The notes under the pieces: generated by a model
Databases searched by the model: none
Seen by the model: the letters and a program-made list of their open reading frames with translations, nothing else
What the model was told of the DNA's origin: nothing
Source: an uncultured Kiritimatiellota bacterium
GTDB taxonomy: Bacteria > Verrucomicrobiota > Kiritimatiellia > RFP12 > DVOR01
Assembly: GCA_944389565.1 (NCBI GenBank)
Contig: CALXMV010000005.1
Coordinates: forward strand, 1,068-65,067
DNA length: 64,000 nucleotides
Direction of reading: 5' to 3'
Shown here: piece after piece, positions 52,002-61,075 of the stretch
How the letters are laid out: every line of letters begins with the position of its first letter
Numbering within the stretch: position 1 is the first letter of the stretch
Translations under genes and position numbers: made by a program

Positions 52002-52865
52002 TCAGCGTTCGCAGAAGGGGCGCACCTGCGTGATGGCGTCCGCGCCCAGGGCCGCCATGACGAGGCGGTCGACGCCCAGGGCGATGCCGGCGGTCGGCGG
52101 CATGGCGGGGAGGTCGGCCAGGAAGGGTTCGTCGAGCGGGTAGGTCGGCAGGCCGCGCGCCCGGCGCATGGCGATGGTGGCCTCGAAGCGGCGGCGCTGC
52201 TCCGCCGCGTCCGTCAGCTCGCCGTAGCCGTTGGCGATCTCCAGCCCGCCGAGGTAGGCCTCGAAACGCTCGGCCACGCGCGGGTCGGCGGGGTTGAGGC
52301 GGGCGAGGGCGGCGGCGGGGGCGGGGTAGTCGGTGAGGTAGACGAGCCCCTCGCGCGGCAGGGCGGGCTCGATTTTCAGCGCCATGTCCTCGTCGAAGCG
52401 GTCCTCGTCCCACGCCGCGAGCGGGTCCCAGCCGGCGAGGTCGCGGTAGAGGTCGGCCACGCGGAGGCGGCGCGGCTCCAGCCGCCGCCCGAGGACGGCG
52501 GAGACGAGGTCGGCCACGTCCGCGTAGAGCGCCGCGATGGTGTCGTCGGGGCGGTACCACTCCAGGAGGGTGAACTCGGGGTTGTGGCGGCTCCCGCGCT
52601 CCCCCGCGCGGAAACAGGGGCCCATCTGGTAGATTTTGCCCGCGCCGTGGGCCAGGAGGCGCTTCATGTGCAGCTCGGGGGAGGTGCGGAGCCAACGCTC
52701 CCCGCTCGGCGGCGGCTCCAGGAAGGCCTCGTTCGCGGGCGCGGGAATCCGAACGGGCGTCTCCACCTCCGTGAACCCGCGCCCGTCGAAAAAGGCACGG
52801 ATCGTGCGCAACACCCGCGCACGTCCCATCAGGGCCTCGCGCCCGACGCATCCGCTCTCGCTCAT
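52002..52865 (-). CDS. epmA: EF-P lysine aminoacylase EpmA (GenX/PoxA), short form
   Basis: ATG 52865 in ORF 52002..53090. Class II aaRS-like blocks TSPELHMKRLLAHGAGKIYQMGPCFR, HNPEFTLLEWY, GLEIANGYGELTD and GIALGVDRLVM parallel E. coli EpmA. Confidence 0.85.
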   Translation of the reverse strand: MSESGCVGREALMGRARVLRTIRAFFDGRGFTEVETPVRIPAPANEAFLEPPPSGERWLRTSPELHMKRLLAHGAGKIYQMGPCFRAGERGSRHNPEFTLLEWYRPDDTIAALYADVADLVSAVLGRRLEPRRLRVADLYRDLAGWDPLAAWDEDRFDEDMALKIEPALPREGLVYLTDYPAPAAALARLNPADPRVAERFEAYLGGLEIANGYGELTDAAEQRRRFEATIAMRRARGLPTYPLDEPFLADLPAMPPTAGIALGVDRLVMAALGADAITQVRPFCER

Positions 52866-52997
52866 GCCCGCATTATAGCAGAATGGGGCGCAGGGGAACC
52901 GCCGATTCCGCCGATTGGGGCCGATTAGGGGCCGGCTGCCGCCGGCTGGGGATGGTTTTGGGCGGGGCCGATCCGTCGCGCGGCTTGCCGCGCGTCT

Positions 52998-53064
52998 CCC
53001 AGTGGGCCCAGAGGTCCCAGTGGGCCCAGTGGGCCAAGCCCCTTCACGCCAGTGGGCCCAGCCC
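52998..53064. repeat. Array of four CCCAGTGGGCCC-type motifs (all direct)
   Basis: Motifs at 52998-53011, 53016-53027, 53025-53035 and 53049-53064. CAGTGGGCCCAGCCC..C.ACGCCC.GCAT is shared with 38031-38062. Confidence 0.85.
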
Positions 53065-53118
53065 CTCCACGCCCTGCATCCTGCCTCCAAAAAAATCGCG
53101 GGAAACTAAAAAAAGTTC

Positions 53119-53145
53119 TTGATTTTTGCAGGGGGGGGGTATAAT
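53119..53145 (+). promoter_or_regulatory. Sigma-70 promoter TTGATT-N15-TATAAT with a G9 tract in the spacer and an A-rich UP-like region
   Basis: TTGATT at 53119-53124 and consensus TATAAT at 53140-53145. The spacer is tttgca + G9 (15 nt). Two A7 runs lie at 53089-53095 and 53108-53114. The gene ATG is 64 nt downstream. Confidence 0.5.
53131..53139. repeat. Homopolymeric G9 tract
   Basis: Counted directly in the line starting at 53101. Confidence 0.95.
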
Positions 53146-53208
53146 TCGCGGCTATTCGTTTTGGGAGAGGTGTACCCTCGCCCGGAGAGACATTGTGGAG
53201 AACCATGC

Positions 53209-56200
53209 ATGAAATCGCGTAACGTGTCGAAAAGTTGCCTGCTCGCAGGCCTGATGGCCCTCTTCCCATGGGGGCTCGCCCAGGCGGTCACCGTGACCGC
53301 GGGCACCACCGCCCAGACCGCCGACGCCGTCGAGCGCCTCCTGATCACCAACCGTGACTTTGCGTTCGGGCTCAACAAGCCCGTGATGGGCCACACCGAC
53401 GCGGGCGGCCGCGTCATCGGCCCCCTGCCCGCGGACGTCTCCCTCACCAGCGTCGTCCTCTACGACCTGGCCGACGTGGGCGAGGCCTCCCTCAGCCGTG
53501 CCAACCTCCCCACCGTCTCCGTCCTCTCGGACGACACCCTCCTCGGCACCGCCAACTACACCGAGGCGCGTGAGCCGATCGAGGTCTTCCTGGCCGACGG
53601 CTCCACCCTCTCCCTCCGCCCCGTCGTCTACGCCTTCACCGCTCCGGTCTCGGTCAACGCCACCGGCACCTACACCCTGCGCCTCAACGCCGCGGGCGTC
53701 ACCCCCTCCCTCCCGCTCTTCACCAACGCCGCCTCCAACGCCGGCTTCAACATCTCCAGCCACCGCGAGAAGGCGCCCTACGTCTCCTTCGTCTGCGACG
53801 CCTCCGTGACCACGGTGTCGAAGACCGTCACGGGCGAGGCCACCCTCTCCTCCCTGGGCATCACCGACAGCGCCTCCACGGTCGCCGTCATCGCCCTCGG
53901 GGCGGATGCGACCCTCCAGTTGGATGAGTCCGTCTCGAAGGCCACGCTCATCTTCGAGACCGCCGCCCCCGCCGCGAACGCCCCCACCGTCGCCTTCACC
54001 GAGAATGCCACCTTCGAGGGCTCCTTCGTCTTCCGCAACGCCCAAGGCTCCGACAACGGCGCCATCCGCGTCACCGGCACCTGGCAGGACAGCGCCTCCA
54101 ACGATTCCTTCGAGTCCTGGGTGCCTAATTCGAAGAACCCCGACGCCGTCACCGTCGATTGCGACCTCATCCTCGCCTCGCCCCTCCCCCTCATCGCCTC
54201 CGGCTGGTTCCAGGCCAACGCCATCCGCGTCCGCCCCGGCCGCACCCTGCGCCTCGAAACCGAGGCCAACACCCCCTCCCGCCTCCCCGACGTCCTCCTC
54301 ACCGCCCCCACCGCCAACCTCGCCCTCGCGGGCGCGGGGAAGGACAACACGGACATCCCGGAGAAGTACCTTTCGCTCTTCGACTCCACCTCCGGCACCG
54401 TCACCTTCGTGCGTCCCGTGGCCTTCGGCACCCACAGCAACACGCCGAACGACTCCCAAGGCGCCATCTTCCGCATCGGCAACGACGAGGGGAAGGGCTA
54501 CAACTTCACGCTCAACGTGGACAAGGACTTCTCCTCCGCCTCCCGTTTGGTGATCGGTGGCGAAAGCGGCTTCACCACGCTGAACCTGCGCGGTGACGCC
54601 ACCTATTCCGCGAAGACCATCAACTTCGACTCCAACTCCCAGTTGGTGCAAAGCGCCGGCAACCTCACCCTTGGCTCTCCCTCCCGGAATGGTTGGGCCA
54701 CGTGGTTCCTCGGCGATTCCTCCACGCTTGTCTTCGGCGACGGCGACACCGAGAACGGCCTTGCCACCGCCACGCTCCACGGCATCCCTTACGGTTCCAA
54801 CGACAAGACCGACTATCGCGGCGCCGCCGACCTCACCGTCAATGCCGACGCCACCCTCCTCCTCAACGAATACGACCAGCCCGCCGTCGCCGGCACGCCC
54901 GACTACGCCCTTTACCCCGTGGGCAAGCGTTCGCTGAAGGTCCGGGGCGGCACCGTCAAGGCCAACACCGGCGCGGCTGTTACAATGGCCTTCGAGAGCC
55001 CCGAGCCCCAGGCCGCCCCCATGGCCGTGGCCGAGATTCCCGGCCTTGAGGTCATCGGCGCCGCCAACCTCGAATCCTCCGACACCGCCAGCTCCTCCCT
55101 CTCGCTCGACGCCCTCAAGGGCAACGGCGCCGTCACCCTCTCCGGCGTGGTGCACATCGATTCCGTCCGCCTCGGCGAGGGCGACACGCTCACCTTCGAC
55201 CTCCGCCGCGGTGAGGGCGACGTGGACGACGCCATCGGCGGCTCCCGTGTTACCATCGACGCCGTCACCGGCACCGCCGGCACCGTCCGCTTCGGCCTTC
55301 TCGGCACGAACGGCACCCCCGGCGAGCAGACCGTCATCGACACCCTCCTCGCGGGCGGCTTCACCGGCACCGTCGGCTTCCTGGTGCCCGACTACACCCG
55401 CCTCGACTTCGAGGACACCCAGCTCCCCGAGCTGCCCTTTACCCTTGAGGTCCAGCCCGGCCAGACCGTCGTCTTGCGTCTGGATCAGTACGCCGACGCC
55501 GACATCCTCTGGCCCGAGGACTGTTCCAATGTCAATCTCGTCCTCGTCGAGGCCGGCCCCTTCGGCGGCGAGGCCTCCCTCCCCGCCTGGCCCCAGGACG
55601 TGAAGATGGAGTTCCACCGCTACGACGGTTCCTCCGAGGGCCACTCCGCCCTCCCCGGCGAGGACTACGACGCCACCCGCAACGATGACGGCCTCACCAT
55701 CGACCTCTCCTGGAAGGACCCCGTCCTCACTGGCAAGGTCGCCTGGATCGACGTCGAGTTCAACAACAATTCCTACAACACCGGCTGGTTCCGCCTCAAA
55801 GGCCCCAACGGGGAGACGGGGGACTCCTACAACGCCATGTTCGATGGTACCGAGTATAACCCTGAGCTTGTGGACTCGTATACGGCGACCTTCAACCCTG
55901 CCGGTCAGGGGGCCAACCCGCGCGTCCAGCCTTACATCCCCGTCACGGCTTTGGAGAACTATCCGGATTCTTGGAGCATCGTGGCGCGTGTGACCGCCGC
56001 AGAGTTCACGAAGTCGGTTATGTTGGCGATTGGTGCCAGCTACAAGGACGTGACCGGCGGTACGGGAGACGACTTCTCCGACCGCGATACGCTCGTCCTC
56101 GCTACCGGTTCCATGAAGGATCACGGCATCACAGGGCTTGATGCTGGCGCGGATGATGACAATGACCGTGTGGGGGATACTGTTCGTCTATGGCTGATTC

Positions 56201-59200
56201 GCGGCCGCGACCTGTACGCTTCGAAATTACCAGACCCAGACGAGTATCTTGCGCAGGCTGAGCTTCCGCAGCTTACGGAGATGCCGCACCTCTACACCAT
56301 CACTTACGACAATCGCCACATCCAGGTTTACGTGGATGGCCACCGTCTGATGGATGAGACGCTTCCCGAGGACATCAATCTCGGCCCCGGCCTTCAGGTC
56401 GGCAAGCTCATGGGCGGCGCGAACATCGATAGCGACCATCTTGCGGTCGGCGGGGAGTTGGCCGAGCGGTTCAAGCCTGTTACGAGCAGCTCCGGTGATG
56501 GCGTCGTGGACTTCATCCGTATCTATCGCGGTGTCCTCTCTGACACGGCCATCGATCGTCTTGTCCGAGACAATCCTTACATTCATAAAGATCCGGGTGG
56601 TAGTGGAAATCACCGTGATGTGCGTTATCGTCGTGTTATTCAAGCAGGCAAAACCGAGCATTGGGTGCAATCCAATGCATGGATCCGTGAGTATAAGAAG
56701 GCTGGTGACGACTTACTCTGGTACGACTATTATAGTGGAAAGTCCAAATACTATGATGAACCTGCGGAAGGCGCCATCGTGGTTATCGAAGTTGAAGGCA
56801 ATGGTGAAGCGACGCTATTGGTGAACACTGAAAAAGGCGGGCTCTTCCCTTCGGCCAACCGGGTATACTCCACATTGATTGTCTCGGGTAAAGACATCGA
56901 CCCGTATTATATTCGTAAAGATTGGAGCGGAGGCCGTCTGATTTTGGCTCCTATTGGTTACGTGGCTGAAGAGCAGGCCATCGGCCCCGAGTGGGAAGAT
57001 AAGCTGGAGGACGGTGCGTTCAAGTACGGAACACTTCGCTTCTCCGGTGGCGCAGGGCAACGCATCCAAGAGCACCATACGACCCTCGGCTCATTCTTCA
57101 ACCCTGGACGGTCGAAGGCCGCCTATTTTTTGACGGATACACATTTTTACGCGTCCATCGTGGATTTGAATTCCAAAGATGGCGTTGCCTCCAACGAAAA
57201 TGTTGAGGTTCGCGCGTTTGTGGACGAATCGATGTTGCGTGGGCACACAGAAGAAGTCTTGGTTCGCCAGATCACAGGCCCAGTCGTCAAGGAAGACCTT
57301 CTTGACTACGGGCAATGGGAGCGTAACCGTAGTGTGACGATGGCCGAGATCACCAAGCAACGTTCGGATTATGTCTATCCAGACCTCTTTCATGAGGATC
57401 GTAGCGCTTGGCTCTTCTCTGACGCGACGTTGGAGCACAATCCCGGGCTGGAGCTCTATAACGCGCCACAGGTTGGCCTTTTCGTTGAGGCGATGAAGAT
57501 TCCGGGCCGCCTTTATCTGGAGCTCAACGAGGACAGTATCCAAGGTAACGGTGAATTGTCTCAGCAGGAGTGGTATCGCTATGGCTATAATGGCGACTCG
57601 GAAAGCGAGACAATGTCTGGGTATGCGCCGCTCAAGGCACTTGAGGGTGACTTCGAGAAAGCGGTTGCGCTTTCCATCCGCCTGAAGAATGGCGTGGAGA
57701 AGACGCTTCTCGCGGACAGCGTGGCCGATGGGCTGATCATCAGCGAGCTGACCATCGACAAGCCGAAGACGGATGACGGCACGGCTAACGAGACGCTCCA
57801 GATCCTGCCTCAGGCGGGGACGAACAACAGCCTCAAGGTCCTGGAGGCCATCTCCACCGATCGCCGTCTGGAGGTCTATTCCGCGCAGGGCGCCGGCTCG
57901 GAGGCCAGCGCGACGGGCGCGGACGGCGTGAAGCTGCACGCGGTCTATGACGCGGGCACCGAGGCGTACCTCGGCGCGAAGCTCTACGGTGTGGGGACGG
58001 GCGAATTCGTGGCGGGCAACTCCTCCATCAACCATGCGTTGGACGGCTCCTCCATCGCTCGCCTCGAGAGCGTTGGGACGATCCGTTTCACGGCGGCGCA
58101 GGATCTCTCGGCGACGACGCTTGCGGCGGCCGATGGCGCGACCCTCGAACAAACGGGCGTGGCGACTGAGACCGCGACCGCGGAGCAGACGGGCGCGGAC
58201 AACGCCTTCCGCGCGAAGGCGATGGAGTTGGCCCAGAGGAGCCGCTTCCGCTTCGCCTCCTCGCAGGCGACGGTCGATGAGGGGATCACCCTCACGGGCA
58301 ACGCGACGCTGGAGGGGACGGGCACGGCGGCGAAGCTGACGCCGACCGAGGGCATCAAGGGTCGGGCCGGCACGGAGACGCTGACGCTCGACGCGGCGGA
58401 CGGCGCGGACTGGAAGCTCCTGAACCGCGAGGTGGGCGGCCTGCCGCTGACGAAGGTGGACGCGGGTGTGGCGGACATCGCCACCGACCTGCCGCCGAAC
58501 GCGGGCAAGGTGGACGTCCGGGAAGGCACGCTCCGTGTGGCGACAGGCCTCGCGGGCGAGGGCCAGGCCGTCGGCCAGAAGAGCCTGAACGTGGCCGAGG
58601 GCGCGACGCTCGCCCCGACCTCCGGCACCATCGCGGATGACGTGCTGGCGGAGATCCCCGCCGGGCAGAGCGTCTCGGGCCTCGGCCGCATCGCCGGCTG
58701 GCTGCGTCTGACGCAGGGCGCGACGCTCGCCGCCGACGACGTGCGCGAGGGTGCCTCCCTCTCCGTGGGCGGCGTGCTGACGGACGGCCTGGAGGCCTTG
58801 GCCGACGTGTCGGTGACGCTGCCGGCGACGACGGCCGAGGGGCTCGTCTTCCTGCGTTCGGCCGAGGAGTCGCTGAACTGGGCGGCGCGCAAGCGCCTCG
58901 CCGCGGCGACGGTGGCCGATCCGCCCGTCTCGTGGGACGTGGCCCTGCGTTACGCCGCCGAGGGGAGCGACCTCACGAAGACGGAGTATCTCACCGCCCT
59001 GCCGGGCATCGACAAGCCCGCCTATCCCGGCGACGGGGAGCCCAACGACGGCGGCGACCCCGACGGCGATTACTCCGACGGCGTGCAGGACGACCTGGAC
59101 GACCAGTACCACAACGCGGGGATGCTGGGCGGCGCGTCGCAGGGTTACACCCGCGCGAACACCACGCTGCTCTCCGCCGGCGGCGTCGAGAACGCCTACA

Positions 59201-59652
59201 CCTGCTTCAACAATGTCTGGACGCTGGCCCAGTGCACGAGCGACGAGACCAGCGAGGAGTACGCGACGGTCGACCTGTTGCTGGCCTATGAGTTCGGCAT
59301 CTCGGCCATGCGCCGCGTGACGGCGACCGACGGCACCGACCAGCTGCTCGTCACCGTGACGCTCCGCAACGCCCTGGGCGCGGCGCCCTTCGCCGACACG
59401 CGCCTCCTCAACGGCGCGGACGGCCTGAAGCCGACCTACGCCGACGGCGTGGCCCTCTCCTTCGCGCTGGACGACAAGCCGGTCGAGGCCACCGTCACGG
59501 AGATCTCCGCGGCGGACGCGAGGGAGGAGTACGGCGTCGCGGAGGAGGCCACCCTGGATGCCAGCCGTTACTTCCTGATCCCCTACTCGGAGGCGTTCCT
59601 GGGGCAGGGGCTCACCGTCCGCGCGGCGAAGGACGCCGCGCCGGCGGAATGA
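53209..59652 (+). CDS. Giant secreted surface protein (2147 aa) with a central LamG/concanavalin-like domain
   Basis: ATG 53209 in ORF 53119..59652. Signal peptide MKSRNVSKSCLLAGLMALFPWGLAQA. T/A/G-rich repetitive N- and C-terminal regions. LamG-like block HLYTITYDNRHIQVYVDGHRLMDE...VVDFIRIYRGVLSDTAIDRL. No PEP-CTERM tail. Confidence 0.9.
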   Translation: MKSRNVSKSCLLAGLMALFPWGLAQAVTVTAGTTAQTADAVERLLITNRDFAFGLNKPVMGHTDAGGRVIGPLPADVSLTSVVLYDLADVGEASLSRANLPTVSVLSDDTLLGTANYTEAREPIEVFLADGSTLSLRPVVYAFTAPVSVNATGTYTLRLNAAGVTPSLPLFTNAASNAGFNISSHREKAPYVSFVCDASVTTVSKTVTGEATLSSLGITDSASTVAVIALGADATLQLDESVSKATLIFETAAPAANAPTVAFTENATFEGSFVFRNAQGSDNGAIRVTGTWQDSASNDSFESWVPNSKNPDAVTVDCDLILASPLPLIASGWFQANAIRVRPGRTLRLETEANTPSRLPDVLLTAPTANLALAGAGKDNTDIPEKYLSLFDSTSGTVTFVRPVAFGTHSNTPNDSQGAIFRIGNDEGKGYNFTLNVDKDFSSASRLVIGGESGFTTLNLRGDATYSAKTINFDSNSQLVQSAGNLTLGSPSRNGWATWFLGDSSTLVFGDGDTENGLATATLHGIPYGSNDKTDYRGAADLTVNADATLLLNEYDQPAVAGTPDYALYPVGKRSLKVRGGTVKANTGAAVTMAFESPEPQAAPMAVAEIPGLEVIGAANLESSDTASSSLSLDALKGNGAVTLSGVVHIDSVRLGEGDTLTFDLRRGEGDVDDAIGGSRVTIDAVTGTAGTVRFGLLGTNGTPGEQTVIDTLLAGGFTGTVGFLVPDYTRLDFEDTQLPELPFTLEVQPGQTVVLRLDQYADADILWPEDCSNVNLVLVEAGPFGGEASLPAWPQDVKMEFHRYDGSSEGHSALPGEDYDATRNDDGLTIDLSWKDPVLTGKVAWIDVEFNNNSYNTGWFRLKGPNGETGDSYNAMFDGTEYNPELVDSYTATFNPAGQGANPRVQPYIPVTALENYPDSWSIVARVTAAEFTKSVMLAIGASYKDVTGGTGDDFSDRDTLVLATGSMKDHGITGLDAGADDDNDRVGDTVRLWLIRGRDLYASKLPDPDEYLAQAELPQLTEMPHLYTITYDNRHIQVYVDGHRLMDETLPEDINLGPGLQVGKLMGGANIDSDHLAVGGELAERFKPVTSSSGDGVVDFIRIYRGVLSDTAIDRLVRDNPYIHKDPGGSGNHRDVRYRRVIQAGKTEHWVQSNAWIREYKKAGDDLLWYDYYSGKSKYYDEPAEGAIVVIEVEGNGEATLLVNTEKGGLFPSANRVYSTLIVSGKDIDPYYIRKDWSGGRLILAPIGYVAEEQAIGPEWEDKLEDGAFKYGTLRFSGGAGQRIQEHHTTLGSFFNPGRSKAAYFLTDTHFYASIVDLNSKDGVASNENVEVRAFVDESMLRGHTEEVLVRQITGPVVKEDLLDYGQWERNRSVTMAEITKQRSDYVYPDLFHEDRSAWLFSDATLEHNPGLELYNAPQVGLFVEAMKIPGRLYLELNEDSIQGNGELSQQEWYRYGYNGDSESETMSGYAPLKALEGDFEKAVALSIRLKNGVEKTLLADSVADGLIISELTIDKPKTDDGTANETLQILPQAGTNNSLKVLEAISTDRRLEVYSAQGAGSEASATGADGVKLHAVYDAGTEAYLGAKLYGVGTGEFVAGNSSINHALDGSSIARLESVGTIRFTAAQDLSATTLAAADGATLEQTGVATETATAEQTGADNAFRAKAMELAQRSRFRFASSQATVDEGITLTGNATLEGTGTAAKLTPTEGIKGRAGTETLTLDAADGADWKLLNREVGGLPLTKVDAGVADIATDLPPNAGKVDVREGTLRVATGLAGEGQAVGQKSLNVAEGATLAPTSGTIADDVLAEIPAGQSVSGLGRIAGWLRLTQGATLAADDVREGASLSVGGVLTDGLEALADVSVTLPATTAEGLVFLRSAEESLNWAARKRLAAATVADPPVSWDVALRYAAEGSDLTKTEYLTALPGIDKPAYPGDGEPNDGGDPDGDYSDGVQDDLDDQYHNAGMLGGASQGYTRANTTLLSAGGVENAYTCFNNVWTLAQCTSDETSEEYATVDLLLAYEFGISAMRRVTATDGTDQLLVTVTLRNALGAAPFADTRLLNGADGLKPTYADGVALSFALDDKPVEATVTEISAADAREEYGVAEEATLDASRYFLIPYSEAFLGQGLTVRAAKDAAPAE

Positions 59653-59691
59653 TTCTTCACACGACAAAACAAGATATAAACACACACACGC

Positions 59692-59726
59692 AGCCGCCGG
59701 GGGAGCGATCCCCCGGCGGCTTTTTT
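59692..59726 (+). terminator. Rho-independent terminator after the giant gene
   Basis: 12-bp stem AGCCGCCGGGGG / CCCCCGGCGGCT with a 6-nt loop, followed by T6. Confidence 0.85.
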
Positions 59727-59766
59727 CCGTGATGCGCTTGTTCGGGTTCGGCAGGCGGCGGTGTAG

Positions 59767-59979
59767 GTGCCGCTGGTGCAGGTGCAGGACGGGACGGCGA
59801 CCGTCGGGGTCGCCGTGCGGTCGGCCTCGTCGCTGGATGGGCCTTGGGTGGCGCTCAAGCCGACGACCTTCCGACTCGGGGAGGCGGGCACGGTGCACCT
59901 GACCTTCCAGGCGAGCGAGGGTGCGGCTTTCTACAAGTTCGTGGTGCCGGAAGGGTTGCACGCCGCGTCCGCGCCCTGA
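59767..59979 (+). CDS. Orphan 70-aa ORF (GTG start), possibly a stranded C-terminal beta-sandwich module or pseudogene remnant
   Basis: High third-position GC. Protein-like sequence SSLDGPWVALKPTTFRLGEAGTVHLTFQASEGAAFYKFVV. An in-frame TAG lies immediately upstream of the GTG. No clear SD and no signal peptide. Confidence 0.2.
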   Translation: MPLVQVQDGTATVGVAVRSASSLDGPWVALKPTTFRLGEAGTVHLTFQASEGAAFYKFVVPEGLHAASAP

Positions 59980-59985
59980 GGGGTC

Positions 59986-61056
59986 TCAGGGGAAGAGCCA
60001 TCGGGCGAAGGCCTCGGCCTCGTCGAGCGCGGCCTTGGCGTTGCCCATGTGCTCGGCGGCGGCGCGGTGGCTGGCGAGCTGCGCCTCGGCGCCGGGGAGG
60101 ACGCTGAGCATGGAGACGGTGCAGAGCTCGCGCTCCTTGTCGGAAAGCACGCCGCGGGCGAAGACATCGCAGAAGAGGTGCTCCTTCAGGAACTGCTCGG
60201 CGCCGGTGGCGAAGCGCTGCCATTCGGCCTCGGGGGCGTTGGGGTCGGAGCCCCAGAGCGCGGCGCGTTTCTCGCGACCGAGGCGCTCGCGGTCGGCGTC
60301 GGCGGGGAGGGCTTTGGGCGCGGGCCCCTCGGGGTCGGCCTTGCCGGCGGCCTTGCGCTCGGCGAGCACTTGGGCGAAGGCGGCGTTGGCGTTGAGGCAA
60401 CGGGGGAAGCCGGCGTAGGCGTAGAGCTGGAGGAGGGCCTCCTTGATCTCGTTCACCGTGAGCCCGGCGTCGAGGGCCATGCCGAGGGCGCGCCTGAGTC
60501 CGGGGATGTCGCCGGCGGCGGCGCGGCCGGAGAGGCGGGCGAGGGCGGCCTCGCGGGGGGTGAGGACCTTGGGCTGGGCTGGCCGCGGTTGGGCGGCGGC
60601 GTAGTCGGCGTCGCTCACGGGCTCCAGCCAGGTATTCTTGTTGGTCTCGGGGTGGCATTCGATGGAGAGGTGGGCGAACCAGCGGTCGGCGGTGGCGCCG
60701 TGCCAGTGGTCGGTGTCGGGCGGGATCTCGACGACGTCGCCGGGCTTGAGGTGGCGGGCGGGCTTGCCGCGTTCCTGGTAGAGCCCCTCGCCGGCGACGC
60801 AGACGAGGATCTGACCGCCGGTGTGGCGGTGCCAGTTGTTGCGGCAGCCGGGCTCGAAGGTGACGTTGGCGATGGGGACGCCGGTCCGGTCGGCGTGCTC
60901 GGTGAGGCGCGCGAGGTAGCTCCGGCCCGTGAAGTATTGGGCGTAGGCGTCGTTGGGCGCGCCGGTGGGGAAGGCGGGGGCGTAGTCAGGCATGGATGTG
61001 GCTCCTTGGAGCGTGGGGATGAGGAGGGTGGCGCAAAGCATCGCGGCGGTCTTCAT
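59986..61056 (-). CDS. Secreted cupin domain + carboxymuconolactone decarboxylase (CMD)-family fusion protein
   Basis: 356 aa. Signal peptide MKTAAMLCATLLIPTLQG. Cupin motif NNWHRHTGGQILVCVAGEG...HWHGA. Two CMD-like helical regions (LQLYAYAGFPRCLNA; LSDKERELCTVSML). Confidence 0.75.
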   Translation of the reverse strand: MKTAAMLCATLLIPTLQGATSMPDYAPAFPTGAPNDAYAQYFTGRSYLARLTEHADRTGVPIANVTFEPGCRNNWHRHTGGQILVCVAGEGLYQERGKPARHLKPGDVVEIPPDTDHWHGATADRWFAHLSIECHPETNKNTWLEPVSDADYAAAQPRPAQPKVLTPREAALARLSGRAAAGDIPGLRRALGMALDAGLTVNEIKEALLQLYAYAGFPRCLNANAAFAQVLAERKAAGKADPEGPAPKALPADADRERLGREKRAALWGSDPNAPEAEWQRFATGAEQFLKEHLFCDVFARGVLSDKERELCTVSMLSVLPGAEAQLASHRAAAEHMGNAKAALDEAEAFARWLFP

Positions 61057-61075
61057 GGCGTGGGCTCCTTTCCCG

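Noticed and set aside
52925-53269. A minus-strand ORF encoding GLGPLGPLGPLGPLG (collagen-like), and the similar ORF at 37815..38084.
   Set aside because: The periodic peptide is just the translation of the CCCAGTGGGCCC DNA repeats. There is no start context and no signal peptide. The ORFs overlap promoter regions and the start of the giant gene.
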